Positions 15,034 to 20,000 of a DNA stretch of 20,000 bases are shown in pieces. How positions within the stretch are numbered: the stretch's first letter is position 1; every line of letters begins with the position of its first letter. Location: IMG/VR virus record IMGVR_UViG_3300021599_001487. One strand, 5' to 3'. A model generated the notes under the pieces. The model had not been told where the DNA came from and ran no database searches. It saw only the letters and a program-made list of their open reading frames with translations. The stretch comes from an uncultured virus (IMG/VR IMGVR_UViG_3300021599_001487) (lineage: Duplodnaviria > Heunggongvirae > Uroviricota > Caudoviricetes). The position numbers and the translations under genes were made by a program.

Positions 15034-15633
15034 ATGGCTGACACAAAAATATCGGCAATGCCGAACGCAACAACGCCTTTAACTGGTGCGGAGTTAGTTC
15101 CGTTAGTACAATCTGGCGTTAATGTAAAATCAACAATTTCTGCATACAACGACTTTGTCCGTGATAGTTATTTTAACCACGGCGCGTTTAGTAGTAACGC
15201 AGACCAAACTGGCAGCATCACCGCCGGAACCGCGATGACATTTACATCCACGGATATTACTGGCGGGGTTACATTAGCAAGCGGTAGTCGATTAACTGTG
15301 CCCGTAACTGGAGATTATAACGTTCAGTTTAGCGCGCAATTTGAAAACATAGAAAATACGCAAGAGATAGTAACCGTTTGGTTCCGTGTTAACGGCGTAG
15401 ACGTACCAAAATCTGCAACTAACGTAACAATTCCGGCCCGTAAAAACGCTTTTACTAACGGCTATGGTGTAGCCTCTTGGAATATTTTTATTAGTATGAC
15501 AGCGGGTCAGTACGTTGAAATTGTTTGGTTGCCGGCGGTTGCCACAGTCACTCTTCAACAGCTTCCTGCTAGCGTGACACCTGCGTATCCCGCAATTCCT
15601 TCAGTAATTGCGACAGTTAACCAAATAAGCTAA
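15034..15633 (+). CDS. Fibre or spike-like protein with a C1q/TNF-like beta-sandwich C-terminus
   Basis: Begins MADTKISAMP, the N-terminal motif shared with 15982. Motifs GDYNVQFSAQF, VWFRVNGVDV and GQYVEIVW. Confidence 0.65.
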   Translation: MADTKISAMPNATTPLTGAELVPLVQSGVNVKSTISAYNDFVRDSYFNHGAFSSNADQTGSITAGTAMTFTSTDITGGVTLASGSRLTVPVTGDYNVQFSAQFENIENTQEIVTVWFRVNGVDVPKSATNVTIPARKNAFTNGYGVASWNIFISMTAGQYVEIVWLPAVATVTLQQLPASVTPAYPAIPSVIATVNQIS

Positions 15634-15636
15634 CAA

Positions 15637-15978
15637 ATGCCGGTATACCTTGACACCCGAGGTAACAGTGTATTGTCTGTGGCGATCTGTGATCGCTGCA
15701 ACAGGAAGTTTCCGTACGTCGATTTAATGCCAGACCCAAACTTCCCTGGCATGCGCGTGTGCATGGACGACAAGGATCAGTACGATCCTTGGCGCCTGCC
15801 GGCGCGTCAGACTGAAAACATTGCGCTTCGCCACCCACGGCCCGACCAGAACATTGCGATTGATAATAAGCACATCATCACGCAGGGCGCGCCCAACGCC
15901 GCAGGCGATTCCATCTTCAACGACCAGGTACCGCCCGAGTCTACGACAGCGGGCACGTCTGGTGACCTAGAGTACTAA
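15637..15978 (+). CDS. Conserved-looking phage protein with a CxxC...C motif (possible metal binding)
   Basis: AICDRC...RVC..DKDQYDP. Confidence 0.75.
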   Translation: MPVYLDTRGNSVLSVAICDRCNRKFPYVDLMPDPNFPGMRVCMDDKDQYDPWRLPARQTENIALRHPRPDQNIAIDNKHIITQGAPNAAGDSIFNDQVPPESTTAGTSGDLEY

Positions 15979-15981
15979 ACC

Positions 15982-17283
15982 ATGGCCGATCGTTCCATAA
16001 CCCAACTGCCAGTATCAAACCCGCTGTCTGGTACCGAGGTCACCGTCATCGTACAGAACGGCATCTCAAAGCAGACGCAGCTGTCAGACATTGCCGCCCT
16101 TGGCGGCGCCGTTGGTCCAACCGGGCCGGTCGGCCCCGCGGGACCCACCGGACCCGTTGGCGGTCCAGGACCCACCGGGCCACTCGGGCCTACCGGGCCG
16201 CTTGGGCCCACGGGCCCAACTGGTCCCACCGGACCCACGGGGGACCCATCCACCGTGCCCGGACCTACCGGAGACACCGGCCCCACGGGACCATCGGGGC
16301 CCCTTGGACCGCCCGGGCCCATTGGGCCTACGGGACCCACCGGACCCACGGGGGACCCATCCACCGTGCCCGGACCCACCGGACCCACCGGAGACACAGG
16401 ACCCACCGGACCCACGGGGGACCCATCCACCGTGCCCGGACCCACCGGACCCACCGGCCCACAGGGGGACTCCACGACGTTCTTCCCGTACAAGACAAAG
16501 ACCACGTCGCTAAGCGGGGACCCTGGCCATACGTACCTTCTTTGGAACGACGCGACGCAAATAAACGCGACGCAGGTAAACGTCAGCCACATCGACAAGG
16601 ACAACGTCGACGTTGACATATTTTTGGCGCTGCTACAGCAGGGCCAGAAGTTTACGATACAGGACGCGACGGTAAGCGCCAACTACCAGACCTGGCTCAT
16701 AAGCGGGCCGCCGGTGAACGTGAACCCGGGGCTATCGACCAGCTACTGGGAGTACCCCGTGACGCTGGTCTCATCGGGCGGCACCGGCACGACCAACTTC
16801 CCCAACGACCACAACGTCATCTTTGCCGTCGTGTCCGGCATCGTCGGGCCCACGGGACCCACCGGAGACCCTTCGACAGTTCCAGGCCCCACGGGACCCA
16901 CCGGCGACACCGGCCCCACGGGACCCAGCGTCACGGGGCCCACGGGACCAAACTACGGCTCCCGCGTCGTGGCCGTCGCAGACGCGACGTCCATCACAAT
17001 GGACGCCGACACGACCGACATGGCGACGCAGGCAAACACCCAGGCCGCCGGCACCTTGACCATCAACGCCCCCACCGGAACGCCAACAAACGGACAGAAG
17101 ATAATGCTAAGGCTGACGTCTACCAACGTTCAGACCTTCTCATGGAACGCCATATTCCAGGGGTCGACGCAGCTGCCGCTGCCTACGGTATCATCCGGGT
17201 CATCCCGGGTAGACTACCTGGGCTTTATCTACAACTCAACCGCCACCAAGTGGCAGATCATTACACGAATCTTTGGGTTCTAA
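15982..17283 (+). CDS. Collagen-like (Gly-Pro-Thr) repeat fibre protein
   Basis: Two G-X-Y repeat tracts separated and followed by globular domains. Confidence 0.88.
   Translation: MADRSITQLPVSNPLSGTEVTVIVQNGISKQTQLSDIAALGGAVGPTGPVGPAGPTGPVGGPGPTGPLGPTGPLGPTGPTGPTGPTGDPSTVPGPTGDTGPTGPSGPLGPPGPIGPTGPTGPTGDPSTVPGPTGPTGDTGPTGPTGDPSTVPGPTGPTGPQGDSTTFFPYKTKTTSLSGDPGHTYLLWNDATQINATQVNVSHIDKDNVDVDIFLALLQQGQKFTIQDATVSANYQTWLISGPPVNVNPGLSTSYWEYPVTLVSSGGTGTTNFPNDHNVIFAVVSGIVGPTGPTGDPSTVPGPTGPTGDTGPTGPSVTGPTGPNYGSRVVAVADATSITMDADTTDMATQANTQAAGTLTINAPTGTPTNGQKIMLRLTSTNVQTFSWNAIFQGSTQLPLPTVSSGSSRVDYLGFIYNSTATKWQIITRIFGF
16114..16468 (+). repeat. Coding tandem repeats (GPT triplets and GDPSTVP units)
   Basis: ggacccacgggggacccatccaccgtgcccggacc occurs three times, with a diverged copy near 16855. 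Confidence 0.85.
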
Positions 17284-17285
17284 TC

Positions 17286-17540
17286 ATGCTGCAGATAACG
17301 TTTGAGAAGACGCTGGACAGCCACGGCATAGTATTCCGTGACGCGATAGTTTTGCCAGACGACCACGGCCTGACACAGGACGAGATTGAGGCCATCAAGG
17401 ACCAAAGGTTCCAGGCATGGGCCGATGCCGTTTTAAACCCCCCAGAGCCCGAGGAGAGCCCGCACCCGTTGCTTCCGCCACCGGCGGAGCCCCCGCCCGA
17501 ACCTTCGGAGCCCCCGCAACTTCCCCCATTGGAGGCCTAG
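17286..17540 (+). CDS. Small protein, 84 aa (MLQITFEK...), Pro-rich tail, possibly fibre-associated
   Basis: ATG at 17286 directly follows the fibre stop. Motif FRDAIVLPDDH. Confidence 0.7.
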   Translation: MLQITFEKTLDSHGIVFRDAIVLPDDHGLTQDEIEAIKDQRFQAWADAVLNPPEPEESPHPLLPPPAEPPPEPSEPPQLPPLEA

Positions 17541-20000
17541 ATGGCGGACAGGTACTGGGTGGGCGGGACGGGGAGCTGGACCAACTCATCTACAACCAAC
17601 TGGTCGACCAGCTCTGGCGGCGCCAGCGGCGCCTCGGCCCCCACAACCTCGGACGATGTATACTTTGACGCCAACTCAAACGTAGGCACCGGCTCGTTCA
17701 CGGTAACGACAAGCTCGACCCCAAACTGCCGAAATTTGACAATACAGAGCCTAGATGGGGCCATGACCCTGGCCGGAACCACCAACTTGACCGTGGCGGG
17801 TTCGATATTTTTCTCTGGCTCAAACCTCACCTACACCAGGACCGGGGACCTGGTACTGGCCCCCACAAGTAACTCTTTTGTGACCACAAACGGCGTCTCG
17901 CTGGCCTCCGGAGGGGTGGTTATAAACACAACCGGCGCGTCTACCACTACCCTTGGCAGCAGCTTGACTTGTGCTGGGTTTACAGTAACGGACGGGGCGT
18001 TTATTACCAACAACTGGAATTTAACGTGCACCTTTTTTTCGTCAACCGGCTCCGCCACGCGGTCCATAACGCTCGGCACTTCGACCATAGCCTGCAGCAG
18101 TAGTTTTGCTTTAAGCAGCACCAACCTTACGTTCTCTGGCGCAAGCTCAGACATTGTACTGTCCGGCGGCAGTGTTTTCTTTACCGGTGCTGGCCAGACC
18201 TTTGGAACGGTAAGGTTTACAAACAACTCCGCCTCGATTCCAGCGCTTACAATAAGTGGCGCCAACACGTTTAGCTCGTTGCGTTTGTGTGACAACACGC
18301 GCACCGTTGTGCAGCCATTTATTTTTAGAATTACTGCAACTCAGACCTGCACGACTAACTTTATATGCCGCACGACCGTCGCAAACAGCCGCATCATGGT
18401 AATAGGCTCGGATGCCAGCGGGCCGATTACCATTTCTACCCCCGTCGCAACACTTCAAAATGTCGACTTTGGCTGGATCAACGGCGCCGGGGCCGCGGCA
18501 CCCTTTACTGGGACACGTATCGGAGACCTCAGCGGCAATACAAACATAACCACCTCCGCGCCCAAGACGGTCTACTGGAGCGCGGTTGGTGGCGGAAACT
18601 ACACCGACACCGCCTGGGCGCTCTCAAGCGGTGGGACCCCAAACGCGGACAACTTTCCGCTGCCGCAGGACACGGCGGTGGTTGAAAACACCGGCCTAAA
18701 CGTTAGCGCCACCATCACCATACCCGCAAGTTGTGCGTTTAACGGCATCGACACCTCTACCAGGACAAACGCGGCCACCCTCGCGGTTGCCTCAACCTCG
18801 ACCTATTGCTTTGGCACAATCTACAACTTCTCGTCGCCAAACGTGACGTTCCCGGTCGTTGGTAACTTTTTTTACTTTAGTTCGCCCACGACGCAACAGG
18901 TGTGGCTGCCCACCGGCACCAACAACTTTACGCCCATTCTTTACACTAATTTTTCTACTAGCTACGACACGACAAACTTAACATATCGTGGCACGCTAAA
19001 GTTTATGAACTCCGGTCGGCTCGGCGGAGCCAACAATTTTGTCCTATATCACGCCTCGGGGACCTTAGACGTAAACGGGCAAACGATCGAACTGACGGGG
19101 TCAGCCGCGACTATTAGGTTTAATAATTCGGGATCTGCTTCTCAATTTTTGCAATGGAACTTTAACGGCGGGACGGTGGACGTAACGGCAAACCCCACCA
19201 ATTCCTACGCTCTATACTTTGATAGTAACTCGCCCTACTACATCAAGTTTGACTCTGCGCTCAACGCCGGGGGGTTTAGGATTATGCCAACGGGGACCAA
19301 TACGGCTATTACCTATTTGCGAATGCCGCCGTTTGCCGTTACCACGATTGGGGTCGTCCCGCCAAACATCGAGCTCCGCAGCGTCACAAACTTAAGTGGA
19401 AATTTTAGACAGTTTTATTTTGTGGACCTCGGCACGTTCCACGTAAATAACTTTGTCACCTCCATAACGGCCGCGGCCGACGCAGGCAGCAGCGGGCCCT
19501 TTGCCTACATTAACACCTCAGGGCACATGATCGTAAGCGGCAACTTTACAGTGTGCCGCAGGACGAGGGTGCAACACTTTAGCACTTTCGTTATATGCCT
19601 CGCCAACAATGCCTTTTCTTTGCCATCGCAGGCAAACATTAGCGTTGAGTCTAACAGCGCCAACGTCAACATATACCCCGCCGTGTATTTTGGGTATGAT
19701 ATTTATTATAGTCAAAACAGGCTAAACACCAGCTACGTGGTGTCCCAGAGCTCCGCGGCCGGCAGCACCGGCTTTACATGGTCGCCATGCATTTTTTACT
19801 TTTTTGGTGGGACACTTAACCTTAACGGCAACCGCATACCCATCGACCGCTTTTTTTATAATGGCCCCGGCCCGTGCACGCTTGTGTCCGGGACTAACGG
19901 CACGATCGCAAGCAACTTCACAAGCACTACAGTGAGCGACTATGCCTGGAACGTAAACACGTCCACCGCTAATTTTAATATCACCGGCAACGCATACCTG
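17541..20000 (+). CDS. Large Thr/Ser/Asn/Gly-rich tail fibre or receptor-binding protein, 3' truncated
   Basis: GGAGG RBS, then MADRYWVGGTGSWTNSSTTNWSTSSGGASGASAPTTSDDVYFDANS. The frame was open in every segment I spot-translated through to the window end, and its absence from the ORF track fits a frame with no stop. Confidence 0.8.
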   Translation, partial: MADRYWVGGTGSWTNSSTTNWSTSSGGASGASAPTTSDDVYFDANSNVGTGSFTVTTSSTPNCRNLTIQSLDGAMTLAGTTNLTVAGSIFFSGSNLTYTRTGDLVLAPTSNSFVTTNGVSLASGGVVINTTGASTTTLGSSLTCAGFTVTDGAFITNNWNLTCTFFSSTGSATRSITLGTSTIACSSSFALSSTNLTFSGASSDIVLSGGSVFFTGAGQTFGTVRFTNNSASIPALTISGANTFSSLRLCDNTRTVVQPFIFRITATQTCTTNFICRTTVANSRIMVIGSDASGPITISTPVATLQNVDFGWINGAGAAAPFTGTRIGDLSGNTNITTSAPKTVYWSAVGGGNYTDTAWALSSGGTPNADNFPLPQDTAVVENTGLNVSATITIPASCAFNGIDTSTRTNAATLAVASTSTYCFGTIYNFSSPNVTFPVVGNFFYFSSPTTQQVWLPTGTNNFTPILYTNFSTSYDTTNLTYRGTLKFMNSGRLGGANNFVLYHASGTLDVNGQTIELTGSAATIRFNNSGSASQFLQWNFNGGTVDVTANPTNSYALYFDSNSPYYIKFDSALNAGGFRIMPTGTNTAITYLRMPPFAVTTIGVVPPNIELRSVTNLSGNFRQFYFVDLGTFHVNNFVTSITAAADAGSSGPFAYINTSGHMIVSGNFTVCRRTRVQHFSTFVICLANNAFSLPSQANISVESNSANVNIYPAVYFGYDIYYSQNRLNTSYVVSQSSAAGSTGFTWSPCIFYFFGGTLNLNGNRIPIDRFFYNGPGPCTLVSGTNGTIASNFTSTTVSDYAWNVNTSTANFNITGNAYL

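Noticed and set aside
17541..20000. Diversity-generating retroelement target
   Set aside because: No template/variable repeat pair or reverse transcriptase is visible in this window.

Overview
This is a 20-kb slice of a dsDNA tailed phage genome (podovirus-like layout; probably a proteobacterial host, an inference from the regulatory motifs). Bases 1-1980 hold a minus-strand, early-type array of small genes. Most are preceded by the same ACAACAGGAG ribosome-binding leader plus one of three repeated elements: two tandem type I hammerhead ribozymes, two co-varying internal-loop hairpins, and a 27-bp exact repeat. The array also contains a broken Gp88-like gene. Bases ~1980-2900 are a non-coding control region with sigma54-like, IHF-like and Fur-box-like sites, palindromic repeats and an origin-like inverted repeat. 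From ~2900 to the end is a plus-strand packaging and morphogenesis module: a free-standing degenerate intein-like gene, terminase large subunit, portal, GroES-like co-chaperonin, scaffold, major capsid protein, a structured RNA element after the capsid gene, a collagen-repeat fibre and a long beta-rich fibre gene truncated by the window end. The most striking observation is a pair of hammerhead ribozymes with identical stem I that would excise a 279-nt single-gene RNA able in principle to circularise.
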